NCBI GenBank assembly: GCA_023231475.1
Contig: JALJEE010000470.1
Location: 1 to 35,058, forward strand
DNA: 35,058 bases
Origin: Seison nebaliae
Taxonomy: Eukaryota
Direction of reading: 5' to 3'
Each line of letters begins with the position of its first letter. The first letter of the stretch is position 1. Of this stretch, positions 9,201-21,348 are shown in pieces. A program made the translations under genes and the position numbers. Below the pieces are notes generated by a model. It was not told the DNA's origin, did no database searches, and saw only the letters and a list, made by a program, of their open reading frames with translations.

Positions 9201-12200
9201 CATAAAAGCAATTCAGTATAATGACAGCATCAAATACAATGCGTGTATTTGCACAGAAATAATTATTGAGTGCGCTACTTATACCGCTAGGGAGACAAGT
9301 ATTTTCTTAATGAAATCCGATGAATGACAGGCACACGCAGGCACATTATCGTTCCCGAACACGACGTCAATATGCACCGCTAACATAAAAGCGTGTCCAA
9401 TTTCATATTTCTATATCCTAATGCCGTCGATGTTTATTTTCCGTGCATTCGCTCCAATATCGAATAATTAATGTAGACGACATAATACACGGGAATTAAA
9501 TGAAGCAATAAAAAATATGATGAAAAAAGAAAATTTATCGATAACAATTCAGTCTTCTGCCTTTTTCTTCAATTAACTTGCCGCCACGATATCCATATAT
9601 CTTTATATTTGTTTTCTACAATGAACTCCATTTCACTAAACATAAATTGGAAATTCTCATTTCTCCCTTCCGTCTCTTCCGTTCCTTTTTTCTTTCTTCC
9701 CAAATGTCTCACTTTTTCACCCCACCATTATCAACTAACAGTAATTACTATTTTTAGCGGACCAATTTTTTTGACCCATCTCATATGTTTCTCTCTATTC
9801 GATCTTCTTATCAATTCTAAAATTTACCATTATATTACAATTATTTGATTTCAACGAATATTTTATTTAAAAAAAATTTTTTTTTTCACAAATTTTTCTA
9901 AAAGTTTTTCTTTTCATTCTTCTTTTTTAACCGTTTACAATTAATTTTAATATTTATAGAATTTGATTAGTTTTTAAATACAATTTTCATATAACCAGAT
10001 ATTTAGCAAGAAGACGAGAAAGAGGTGGCAGTAGAGAAACATTCGAGTCAGTAAATGTAATTTGTTTCAAGTGAAATCCTTTCAAACTTTCTCACCAATA
10101 GCAGAATAAGTGACGACAATTTGAGTTTATATTTTCGTACTTTCGCTGCAGGATACCTCACCTTCGAATTATCATGACTTGCGAAAAAATAATTACAATT
10201 ATTGTGACCGTTTCCATCGGAAGAGATTGATTTTTTGATTGATAATAGACACTCAACAGCGCAAGAAAGCCGGTATCGCATTAGTTAATAATTATGTGGC
10301 AGTCTTTCGCTCATACTGATTTGGAGGCGATTGCTCAAGTGTAGTTGAGATTAATGATATTGAAATTATTTGAATGCATTTATGAATGGAATGAGTTTCA
10401 TTCTCACTTCATTGACTAACTGCGTTTAATGATCTCATTACTGATTTGTCAAGAGATTCACGCTTATTTGAGTTCTAATAGTAGTTCGATAGTTCTTCTC
10501 TCGATTCGCGCTAAAGGCATCAACAATTGCAAGGAAATTTTAGAGTAGACAGATTGCACGAACAGAACGAATGTGAATGTGCATGTGTACGTTCGATGTA
10601 TGATGGTTCGTAGGGTAGACTATTGAGAATAATTATAATCTATGGCAAAGGAAAATGTGAAGCGGGTGGGAACGAAGGGAATTGAACGGAATTATATTGT
10701 CACGAAATCTAACAAACGGAAACTGATTGTGTGCATTGCAACAATATGAGTCTCAGACCCAAGTCACTCTTCGACGCATATTCTTTTTTTCTGGTCAAGA
10801 TATATTCCATCACCAAATAATTCTCCATTCAAGTACCATACTCGAATGGAAATTTATTTATAATCTGATCAAATCGTTCAAATTTTTTCTCCTCCCAATT
10901 TTCCTGATGTTCAATCGTATTTTAATTTTTTTTTAAATTTGTCTCATAGTAGTCACAGGAGAAAATTTTATGAAATTTAAAGCGACATTTTTGTCACTAT
11001 TTCGGCCTTCCTAAATTATTATTCAAATTTATTATTTGATATTTTCGGAAGACTTTAATCCTTATAATTTTCTTTCAATTCCTTTTAATTTAGTAGTCGT
11101 TTTAGATGTTTTATTGTCATCCGAATTAATTAATTGGAGGGAACATCTTGCTTTAATTCGGGGAGGAGGAATGAGAATCTTATGGGATGATCTGATATAA
11201 AATAAATAAATTGTATTGTGTTTGGGGGGAGAAATTAATATTGATATCTGATTAAGACGCACTAATCGTTATTATGCGGAGGATAATTCTATGTTGGAAT
11301 ATCGCGTTGTATAATTGAATAGAGTGATGGATAGATGGAATGAAATACATCTGCACAGAAGGCATCTGTCATTCATTTCCATTCACTACACGTTTCCAAT
11401 TACTCGGTTTCTCATGATAAATTAATTCGCGCACTTTGCCTTCTTTTTTTCTTTCTTTTCTGTCATTATTTATTTTCCATTACTCTTATCATTACAGTTA
11501 TCGTTCGGGGGAAAAAAAGATGGTCAGGATTCGTTCTCTCTTTATCATACGTACGATGAGTGATATCGTATAATATTTTCATTTTGAATATTATCGATTT
11601 TCTACTCTTTACGCAGACCTCAAAAACTGCATTAGTCCTACGAATATCATGTTCAGTAAGAGCCGTTTTTTTCCTCCTGTCATTCTATTCCTTCATGATA
11701 CGTACGAAATTCAATCGTCCCATTGTATGGCTGAGGGCTCATCTGCCATATTAATTCACTAGTTGATACCAGTACGTCGTCTCATTTTCGCTTGACAACG
11801 ATACTTACAATCTCTTAGTAGAATCTCTTATTTGCATTCGATGGGAGGGAGGCAGGGAGGACATTCATCTCGTGCATATAAGCAGCGCTATCGTATTGAT
11901 GGTATTCATTCGGCGGCTCTTTCTTCTTCTTCTTTTCATGAGACATGTTGGCCCCTTCTGTTCTCTCATTATCTTGTAGGCGCAAGACGGGCAGAATAAT
12001 TGAAATGGCATCGACATCATCGTTGATGAAGCGGATGAGTCGATAAGACTCTTTGTTGTTCATTTCCTCGTGTCGGATGGTATGATTCATTGCGCGCTTA
12101 CATCATTTGAATGATCGATAATCTCCATTCCATATACGCCATCATACAGTTGCAGGAATGATATTTCTTTTAATTGAAATATCATCATGAACTCGACTTA

Positions 12201-14723
12201 CACATCAAAAACACTCACCAAACTCTACTCTTTCCTTTCGCGAGTTTCATATTATAAAATTTTAGAGGTGAATTCTATACAGTCTAATAGGTCAACAGCG
12301 CGTTCTTTTCCATATTTAATTATTCGTTTCACTAGACTTATGTGCTTGAGAACACATACACATTCGATATAATTACGTTGCTATTCTGTAACGTGTGCAT
12401 TTGATAACCACTTTCATCATCCTTTCAATTCCTTTCATCATATTTTCTGCATAATTCTCCTTTCTTCATGCAATCTTTCCCATTCTCTTTCGCAAAAAAA
12501 AACGAACGATGTCAATTCTCACACAGAAACATCTTCTTAGAACTTACTTCTATTTATCGTCATTCCTTCACCGAAATCATCTAGATTTACGTAATCAAAA
12601 CAGAATAATTGAGAAATGCATTATAAGGGTTTCTTCTACTGCTTCTGAACGGTAATAAGAAGTCCGTGTTTTCCAATTTTTTAAGATAGAGGAATAATCA
12701 GAATATTTATCTGTTTTTAGTCAGTCCGCCGATGGCAATAGGATGGGACAATATTGATAGTCAATATCCTTTCCTTCTCATAATCTATTCAAATTATCAA
12801 TATATCATGTTCTAATGGAATGCAGACTTTGTAAATAAAGAACGTCGTTTTCTATTGGTTGTTAAATGAGGAGAAATCGAAGTCGTTAACAAACAATATC
12901 GTCCCGAATATTGATTGTACAGAAGTAGTGGCGTCAGCTCATAAGTAAATACTCTCTAGTTCTACATTCTCAACATTTTAGTGCCAATTTCTCTTGTCAA
13001 ACATAAATAATGTGACGTAGAAGAGCATAAGGCAATTTGGGAGCGTTTTTCAAAATGATTCTTTAGCAACAATGGCCACGTTGACGGAAATTGAACTTTT
13101 TCCCGCCAATTTCCACCAACTCTCCAATGTATGTTTTAAGGGAATTGATAAATTTATTTTATCGAAAATTTTTGACATTCACTGTGTCAATCTATTTTCG
13201 GGTCAGACTAATCAATAATGGGAAAGTCGATTAATGGAATGAATTTATTGTTGTGATGATGATGATGATGATGATGGTAGTGGTAATTGTTGTTGTATTG
13301 GAAATGTATGAATATTGTCAATAAATAAAATTATGCGTTCGTCATACGTGCGCGAATAATTGCTCTTCCATTCAGACGCTTATCGACAAAATGAATATTG
13401 AAGTAGCGTCAATCGTTCACCTTCCTTTCCATTCTTCCATCTCCTATTCATAATTCGATGCACACATATACACACATGCAGAAACAATTCGTAAGGGAAC
13501 GGAATAGAATGAACAAACATCCATATATTAGGTGATGGATGTATGCCGACGGCGACGAGAACGATGATATTATTGACGATGGAAGACGACGATAAGTGCG
13601 CTATGCATACATGATGCATGGAGAACGGTAGTCCATACACTCTCCTCCCCTCCCTCTCGTTCGAACGAGAAAGGCAACTGCTAATGCAAAAGATGTTGTT
13701 ATGTTAGATGGTACGTATGATGGAAATTATTATATAATTCTCATTATACGAAAATTCCATGAGAAATATATCGGGAGGATAGATGGGAGAATGCAAACGA
13801 AATTCATAACAGAGACAATCAGATATGTGAGCGCGCACTTTTCTACGACGTCGTTCGTTATCGTACGTACCAATTTTCGTTATCGCCTCCTTCTCACATC
13901 TTCCTTTTTTAAGCGCGCGACATCTCTTCATTTGATAATACGCAGTTTGACTAAAACACGCGAACGCAGTGACACACTTGCTAAGAGAAAAGGAGAAGAA
14001 GAAGGAGGAGGAGAAGGAGAAGAAGAATAATTAGAACGGAGAATACCCAGTCTAAAAACACAGTCGAAAGTGAAAATGTAATAAAAAAAAATTTATTTTG
14101 CTGACAAACTACTTGGGATCATCAATACGTCGAGTTGATTAACTAGTTGATGGTGCGCCAGTCATCATACGTCCTCATGTTCCTCTAATTCTCTTCTCAT
14201 ATGCATTCGGAAGTGAGAAAAAGGGGGAAAAGAGGCGACATACGCGCCAATCTGCCATATGTCATTAAAATCTATAGAGTCTATTTATAGCAAACAACTC
14301 TTTAAATTATATTTTACGCCGTTTCATTCTTCTTTCTTTTTTCTTTTCTTCAATGCTACGAACTATCTGCAGAGCGTAGTGACAGATTGATGAAAGGAGA
14401 ACTGATCATTATTTAAATAAATCAACAAGTGTCGTCAATTGTTGTTGTTGTTATTTTGTTTTTTCATGCTCATAAAAATTATCTAATTTAAATTGATTTC
14501 ATCTCTGCCATTTTATCACTTCTCTGGTTTGTTGTTTGTTGAAGAGGAACGAAACCGTAAAGTTTTCCGAGAAGATTTTTCTTTCATTTCCATTTTCTTC
14601 CATTCTCTGACCATATGGTTTCTTTATCATGTTTCTGATTTATTTCCAATTAATAGAAATCTCTTGTCATTAGAGAAGGAAAGAAATTCGATCGAGAACA
14701 CAATCTCCAGCACATCTCACAAT
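6300..14723. promoter_or_regulatory. 8.4-kb gene-free intergenic region, probable cis-regulatory landscape or 5'UTR introns of the downstream nuclear regulator
   Basis: No recognisable coding ORF, whereas other intergenic gaps here are 0.15-1.7 kb. It has CpG/GC-richer patches and recurrent TGACAG and CAGATG motifs. Confidence 0.5.
13254..13276 (+). repeat. (TGA)n microsatellite, about 7 units
   Basis: tgatgatgatgatgatgatgatg read directly. Confidence 0.9.
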
Positions 14724-17700
14724 ATGGATGTTATACCAATTCTAAGAACACATCTACTTTACGATGCATCGTTGAATGAGGAATTGACTGAAACACAAAA
14801 TTGTGTGATGGCAATTCTTCAAAAACGGTTGAAACCGTCACATAAATATCCCATGGTTTTCACGAAATACGCACAATTCAACAAAGAAGGCCCACTTACA
14901 CTCTGGTGGTGTGTTCGACCTGTTACTTCTGCTAACTCATCGAATAATGGTACGAAATGTAATAAAGAAAACTTACCACATACTCCGAATAGTGATGATA
15001 ATGTCGAGACGAATTGGGAGGAGCGAACAATGTACTTTCTTCCTCATTCCGAAAATACTTGGCTTCGTTTCGAACCGGCTACATTTGAAATTGTCGTTTG
15101 TGTCGTCCCTACCAATAATCGTGCATTGTGTGATACGTTACGGGGAATATCCACTTTCAAACAACTCAAGAAATATTTGGAGACGAATAAACATTCATTA
15201 AAATTATGTAATTCCGATTCCTTGTTCGATCATGGAAATTCGACAAATGAAAATTTCCAAAAAACTGACAACAACAATAATAATAATAATAATATTAACA
15301 ATGCAAATACAAATAATAATAATAACAACAACAGCAATAATAGTGGGAATAATTCGATGGAAGTTGATAATAATTCTTCGACATCACAAGATGATGATGA
15401 TGAATCGAATTGGTTCGAGTTGAGCACGAAACAATTCAAATTGTCGAACGACGTTATTGAAAGTTTTCAGGAACCGCAAATTAAGGACGAGGCGATGGAA
15501 GGCAAGTCGATGGATGTGAATAGTTTGAAAGATTATTTTGAAAAAAATTTTTTGGAGATGAAGAAAAGTTGTGACGATATTATGGAGCGTGCTAAACAGA
15601 CGACAAATGAACAGAATGGTAAAGATATCTCTTCACAATTAAATCAAATTCAACAACTTTTAAAATTGCACGTTTCGTCATTGATCAATTCACAGAAAAA
15701 TTGCTCTGGTTCATCATCCAATTCAACGAATTCATTAACTTTACAATCGTCACTCTTACAACCATCCATTTATCCATCACCACCATTGAGCAATTCGAAA
15801 CAATTGGATCACAAACAATTACTCTCCACCATCTCCAGTTCACTCCAACAGAATCGGCAAAATCTCTTACAGAAAGTTCAAACAATTAACAAAAATAATT
15901 CGAACGAGAAAAATCTGATTCGAACAAATCTCGTCCAAGAAGACAACGGAGATATTCGGCTGGATGAAGAGATGGAGAATTATAGTGATGACGATACTGA
16001 AGAGGAGAATCGTCAAAATTCTCAACGAAATTCGAATTCTCTTCAATTTGATGGGACGAATAATCGATCGTCGACAAATATCAATAATCAAATTCGAGTA
16101 AATGAGAATGGCGACGTAGAATGTTTCGATTCGGAGAATGATGATAAATCTGGAAATGATTCATATCAATTTCAATTAAATAATTCTGATAAAACCGTCA
16201 TAACACTGGATTCGAATGTTGCAGGGAATTTATTGAAATTGATGAATTCCGATCAATTGGTAAAACAGTTACAAGTGAATAATCTGTTGACATCATCAAC
16301 GAACGTTAAAAACGGAATAATCAACAACAACAACAACAATAACAACAACAATAAGTTGTTGAATGAAATGTTAAGTGAAGACATTCCAACGAATTCGATG
16401 AAAATGCCTCGCAAGAGTTCGAAGAATGGAACGAAATCATCATATTCTAAGAACATGAATGATTTGAATAGGAAAAATCAAAATTCATCAATAAATAAAA
16501 GTCGTTATTCTCCATTAACCTCTTCTTCCTCAACCACCGTCGTATCACCATCAACTTCGTCGACATATTTAACGGGCAATTCTATCACATCGTCTCATTG
16601 TACATCCTCATCATCTTTACCATCCAATTCCATTCTACAAAATTTATTGACTGTTCTCCAACAATCACAAGACACCGATCAAAATGAACCGAAATTATCA
16701 TTCTCATCTCTCAATTCCACTCACTCCACTTACTCCAACAATAATTCGTCATGTGACAAGTTGAAGAGTTTATTGAAAAATACAAATACTGATCAGATAA
16801 TTTCTCAATTAAGACAACAACAACAACAACAACAACAACAATCTCAAATTTCTCCCATACAAAAAGGACGAAAACGAAAAAGATTCACTCCGACAAATAT
16901 CCGATATTTGAATGGAAATTCATCTTCATCCTTCTCGTCCGGAACAGGTGCAGGAATGAAAAATGGAAATAATAATAATCAAATTATTATCGAATCACCC
17001 GAACACAGTACACGAATCAGTAATGTTGGTAAATTGTTGGAGACGATAAAAGACGATCGATCTTCCCAATTCACTGAAACGGAGAAGATGTTGATCGAAG
17101 AGAATCTCACCAATCATATGGACATGACTTGTAGTAACTCGTCATCGAGTAACGACATTAGTTCCGATAACGGTTTAGACGACTACAACTTCGAAGAGGA
17201 AGATGACGATGACGAATATAAACCACCAAATTGTCGTACAGTCGATTCAAGAATGAATAAATGTTCAAATCGGATATCCAATTCTACTCACCGACTCGTC
17301 AAATCGGAGAATATTTCAACGTCCAACAACAACAATGATCCAATGAGAAATCATAAAAATTCCCCAAACAACAACAACAATAATAATAATAATAATAATT
17401 CTTTTAATGAGAATTCACGTGAGAAATATTTGACATTCTCTTCTCAAACCAGACGACAAGCGAAAGCATTCCAACGATTGAATCCAGTCGATACGACGAT
17501 TCGTGGTGAACATATCAAATCGGAAAATGGTAAAGCACATCGTGCCAGTGGAATTATGAGGTTATCTAGCGCCGCTGCATTCGATAGCACTAGTCCGATA
17601 ATTGATCCACTTGACATACCGAAAACTGATTTAGATCATATGAGAGAGACGTCTATCGATGCCTATACATTCGTCCGTCAAGTCTGGTTGAGATGTTTCC

Positions 17701-18065
17701 CTTTCTGGTATCGAATGGACAAATCTATCCAAACTTATCAAGCTGATTTGGTGGAGAATATGCAGAAGATAACTGAAGAATATTATCCCAAATTGTCATG
17801 TAAGGACATCAATTTCTGGAGTGATTGTTACGTTAAATTGAATGCACGAAATCGGAACGATCGATTCCGTTATCGACAAATGATAATCAGGAAGAATAAT
17901 GATGACAATACCACCCCAAATAGTAAGTCCAATAATAATTCGACGATATATCAACATCATTTACCCCAACAAGAAAAACAATCGAGAACAAGTCAAATCT
18001 CACCCGCTGCATCTTTCACCACTTCCACAATGTCCGGTTCGACGTCCAAATCAACAGTTGCATAA
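14724..18065 (+). CDS. 1113-aa N/S/Q-rich nuclear protein with probable C-terminal BEN DNA-binding domain (about 17598-17879); intronless
   Basis: Long ORF with first ATG at 14724, poly-N/poly-Q tracts, NLS-like KGRKRKR and a coiled-coil-like segment. The C-terminal helical block AYTFVRQVWLRCFP...DLVENMQKITEEYYP...NFWSDCYVKLNARNRNDR fits the recalled BEN pattern. The CDS is secure; the domain call is inference. Confidence 0.75.
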   Translation: MDVIPILRTHLLYDASLNEELTETQNCVMAILQKRLKPSHKYPMVFTKYAQFNKEGPLTLWWCVRPVTSANSSNNGTKCNKENLPHTPNSDDNVETNWEERTMYFLPHSENTWLRFEPATFEIVVCVVPTNNRALCDTLRGISTFKQLKKYLETNKHSLKLCNSDSLFDHGNSTNENFQKTDNNNNNNNNINNANTNNNNNNNSNNSGNNSMEVDNNSSTSQDDDDESNWFELSTKQFKLSNDVIESFQEPQIKDEAMEGKSMDVNSLKDYFEKNFLEMKKSCDDIMERAKQTTNEQNGKDISSQLNQIQQLLKLHVSSLINSQKNCSGSSSNSTNSLTLQSSLLQPSIYPSPPLSNSKQLDHKQLLSTISSSLQQNRQNLLQKVQTINKNNSNEKNLIRTNLVQEDNGDIRLDEEMENYSDDDTEEENRQNSQRNSNSLQFDGTNNRSSTNINNQIRVNENGDVECFDSENDDKSGNDSYQFQLNNSDKTVITLDSNVAGNLLKLMNSDQLVKQLQVNNLLTSSTNVKNGIINNNNNNNNNNKLLNEMLSEDIPTNSMKMPRKSSKNGTKSSYSKNMNDLNRKNQNSSINKSRYSPLTSSSSTTVVSPSTSSTYLTGNSITSSHCTSSSSLPSNSILQNLLTVLQQSQDTDQNEPKLSFSSLNSTHSTYSNNNSSCDKLKSLLKNTNTDQIISQLRQQQQQQQQQSQISPIQKGRKRKRFTPTNIRYLNGNSSSSFSSGTGAGMKNGNNNNQIIIESPEHSTRISNVGKLLETIKDDRSSQFTETEKMLIEENLTNHMDMTCSNSSSSNDISSDNGLDDYNFEEEDDDDEYKPPNCRTVDSRMNKCSNRISNSTHRLVKSENISTSNNNNDPMRNHKNSPNNNNNNNNNNNSFNENSREKYLTFSSQTRRQAKAFQRLNPVDTTIRGEHIKSENGKAHRASGIMRLSSAAAFDSTSPIIDPLDIPKTDLDHMRETSIDAYTFVRQVWLRCFPFWYRMDKSIQTYQADLVENMQKITEEYYPKLSCKDINFWSDCYVKLNARNRNDRFRYRQMIIRKNNDDNTTPNSKSNNNSTIYQHHLPQQEKQSRTSQISPAASFTTSTMSGSTSKSTVA

Positions 18066-19073
18066 ACACAAATCACATTATACATAAAACAGATGTATAT
18101 AAAAGAACTATTAATCTGATGATTCCCATCATCCCATTTTTTCCCCCATTTTTATTTAAATTTTAATTCCATTCTATTTCCATCATCTGTCGATGAGAAT
18201 GATTCATTTAACATCTCAATTTTATCCATTTTTTTTTCCTTCCGATTCCCTTTTATTTCCGTTGGAAGATTTCTAATTCATTTTCTTTTCCTTCATCTAT
18301 TCACGAATACAAAACTAGTCAGCATTATACTAAAATTCTTTTCGATTTTTTTTTTGAATCCAAAAATTTTTTTCTCCAAATTTTCCTTTCATACGATGTA
18401 CAGTCGCAATCAATCATTTTAATGAAATTCAGTAATAATTTGATTCGATTCGAATTAAAATCTTTTTTCATCTCTCAAAAACAAATGTGAATTTTACATT
18501 TCAAATCTTTTTTCCAGCGAATTATTATTGAACAAATTATTTCCCGCTATTTATTTTACGGGTTCATTCTCTCATATATCCATCACCACCACCACCATCT
18601 TAATTATCATCATTTAAATATCATTATTTCATTAAAAGAAATAAAATTCATTTCTAATTTTAATTCATTTTTAATTGATTTTATCCATAAAAAATATGTT
18701 GAAAAATTGATGGAATGTTGTCGATTTGTTAAAGGAACGAAAAACGAATGAGTTGAGAAATTTACAAATTTGTGAAATGAATAAAAATCGAATGAAAAAG
18801 GTAAATTGGAAGAATAAAAATTGTTTATCATTTTCAAGTTTGTTGCAATAAGGTAGAGAGGAATGGTAGAGAGGAGGTAATATGTAAAATTTAAAAAAAA
18901 TTACGAGATCAATTTCTTAATATTTATCTGATCGATAATTGATTGAGATTAGGGAAAAGATGATAAATGAAAGGTTTTAGATCGACATTAGGAAACAGTC
19001 TCCAAGAGACAATAATTTTCCAGGAATGAATGAAGAAAAAAATAAAAGTTGGAATTGAGGTAGTGCTAGAGCT

Positions 19074-19804
19074 CTATCCGGAGTTAGCTCGAGACCATGG
19101 TTCTAAAATGTAGAAAACTGTTAAAATCCATGTGAGTCCTCCCACGAATGACAGCCCACAAAATATGAATGACATTCTCGACAATTTATAGGAAACAGAA
19201 ATAAATCCATCTTCATATTTCCGTTTAGCTTTCAATGCGAAAAGAAATGCTATAATTCCTGGCCGACGGAAATAATTTTAAAAAAAATTAAAATATTTAA
19301 AAAAAATATGAAAATAAAAACCTGTGGGAAAAAAGAGAAGAATGCAAAGACTGGCAAACCATCGCCAATCGCTGGGTGGGGCTGGTAGATTGGGATCGAA
19401 TTTTCGTTTTCTCATTCGAGACGATGTGATGGATGAAGCTAAACTTCCTCGACTCATATATGTACCGGCAGATACTCCAGTCTTCAATGTGGCGATGGTC
19501 ATATTCGATGAATATAATGGATTCGTTGGACGAACTTGAGGATAATCTTAGAATGATTATTAAGTAGAATTACTGATAAACTACTCGATGACTAACGACT
19601 GTATGTTAATCGACTGCCATTCGAGTACATGGAACCGTTGATGGAACCGTTGGCAGAATTGGTACGCGAAGGAATCGCATATTTTGACGACGAATTATTT
19701 GATGGTGATCGGATGCGATTTGGAAGTCTCTTATTCTCCACATCTTGAGCTTCATCGAAATGATTATGATCATTCCGTTCATCATCATTCACTTCCTGCA
19801 TCAT
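19074..19804 (-). CDS. CD225/dispanin family membrane protein (PRRT/SynDIG/IFITM-like), 205 aa, 3 exons (introns 19547-19596, 19259-19321)
   Basis: Spliced product has a disordered N-terminus, then PPSDWRWFASLCILLFFPTGIIAFLFALKAKRKYEDG...LSRMSFIFCGLSFVGGLTWILTVFYIL, the CD225 pattern. The frame closes exactly (618 nt, TAG 19074-19076). Confidence 0.85.
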
Positions 19805-20583
19805 GATCGTTTGAGGTAGTTCGTTTTATTATTTAATGGAATTTGACGAGAACGCGAATTACATTAACTACAGTCGAGTGAACACTTAATTCATCTGGCG
19901 AGAAAGTACGATAAAAGCGGAAGTAAACACAAAACTTAATTTTAATTTTTTCCTTTAAAATTAATTTTTTATTTTCAAAATTTTTTAAAATTCAAATTTT
20001 TAGCTTTTATCGAAAATTATTTTTTTATTTAAAATTCAATATATATATATTGATCAAAATGGTTTGTATGTTTGGGGAGACGACAGAGAGGATAAACAAA
20101 ACTGTTTATTTAACGATTTGTTGAATACGTAATGATAAATGTCACGTAGATACGTCAAGAGATGATCTGATGGAAATTGGAGGAGAGAGACCGATACGAT
20201 ACAATATCATTGAATCGTATTAGAGATGGAAACGATAATTCCATTTGATGATTCAACACAAATTCAATCTAATCAATGTCATTGGATTGATGAGAATTCC
20301 ATCAATAATTATTCAATATGGTCGTGTGAAGCGTGTAGGCGAACGACGTGGAAGACAAACGATCAAGGAAATTCTTTTCCAACTAAAGAACTCGAATAAA
20401 TTGTGGAAATTGTAACAGATTATTCATTTTGTCATCTCGACGGAAAATATTTCAATTCCTAATCATTCACCAACCACATTATTATCTAATTCAATTAATC
20501 TGTTTGTCGACTGTTCTCTGATTAAACTGTCATTTCCCACTTTCCTTTTATTTCTAATAAAAACTTTCTTTCTTTTTTTTTCA

Positions 20584-21348
20584 TTAAACCACTCCTCGTC
20601 TGGTTATTCCTCGAACTCCATAATGTTTCAACATTTCCTTTATCATTTCACTCAAAACTGGAGATGGAATGAAAAATGGAAATTTGATGGAAAATTAAAC
20701 GACAATATCTCTCGTATCGTTGTCGGATGGTGAAAAGTTGATCTTGAATTCGATAAACGTCCGGTAATCGAGCTCGAATGATGGAGGAGAGACATTTAGC
20801 TTTCGATCTCTCATCTAATAAATGTACTGGAACAATTTTATTATAATAGTTTTTTTTAACATTTTAAATTTATAAAAACTTTCACAAGATTTCGATACTT
20901 TCGATAATTCATATGCTTTCTGTTGTTTTATTCGAGTGAAATCTTTTAATAGTTGTTCATAAGCTCTCCTCTCCTCCGCCGCATAAAGTGACATTTTTTG
21001 AATATCTTCTTCTGAAAAGTCTCGTCCAGTAAATAACGGATCAAAACGAGCAATATCAGATGGTGCTATTAATATAATTTGAATTTTATAAATAATTAAA
21101 TTAATTAAGAATTGATTAGAACGTGCTATATTAGTCATCGTTTCACAAGGCGTAGTCATACAATATGGTTTATAACATGCGGTCTCTTGACATGGACTAT
21201 CGTAGCACGACGATTTCCAGGAGTAGAAAGGAAACCAATCGCAAGAAGAGAAGTAATTGAAGAAGAAACAAAGTATTTGATAAGCGATATATAGCACAAC
21301 CATGAAAATGACAAATTCGATAAGTGATGCAGGTAACACACCACCCAT
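20584..21348 (-). CDS. Orphan membrane-anchored protein with Cys-rich linker and helical C-terminal domain (about 200 aa; introns 21066-21122, 20827/20815-20879, 20658-20700)
   Basis: ATG at 21348, N-terminal hydrophobic helix and SCYDSPCQETACYKPYCMTTPC. Three GTT...AG AT-rich introns of typical size give a continuous frame to TAA 20584-20586. No family recognised. Confidence 0.65.

Noticed and set aside
10336..10346. TCAAGTGTAGT resembling the U2 snRNA branch-pairing region
   Set aside because: Flanks lack U2 stem I, stem IIa and the Sm site.
11801..11808. ATACTTAC resembling the U1 snRNA 5' end
   Set aside because: Does not continue as CTG, and no U1 stem-loops or Sm site follow.
7401..14030. 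Numerous 60-110 aa ORFs in the gene desert
   Set aside because: No recognisable motifs, many non-ATG starts, and no consistent exon chain.
14493..14723. 77-codon upstream extension of the large ORF
   Set aside because: TTG start and F/L/S-rich UTR-like composition; the first ATG is 14724.
19055..19080. let-7 miRNA gene
   Set aside because: Only nt 1-9 match, and no precursor hairpin is evident at either copy.
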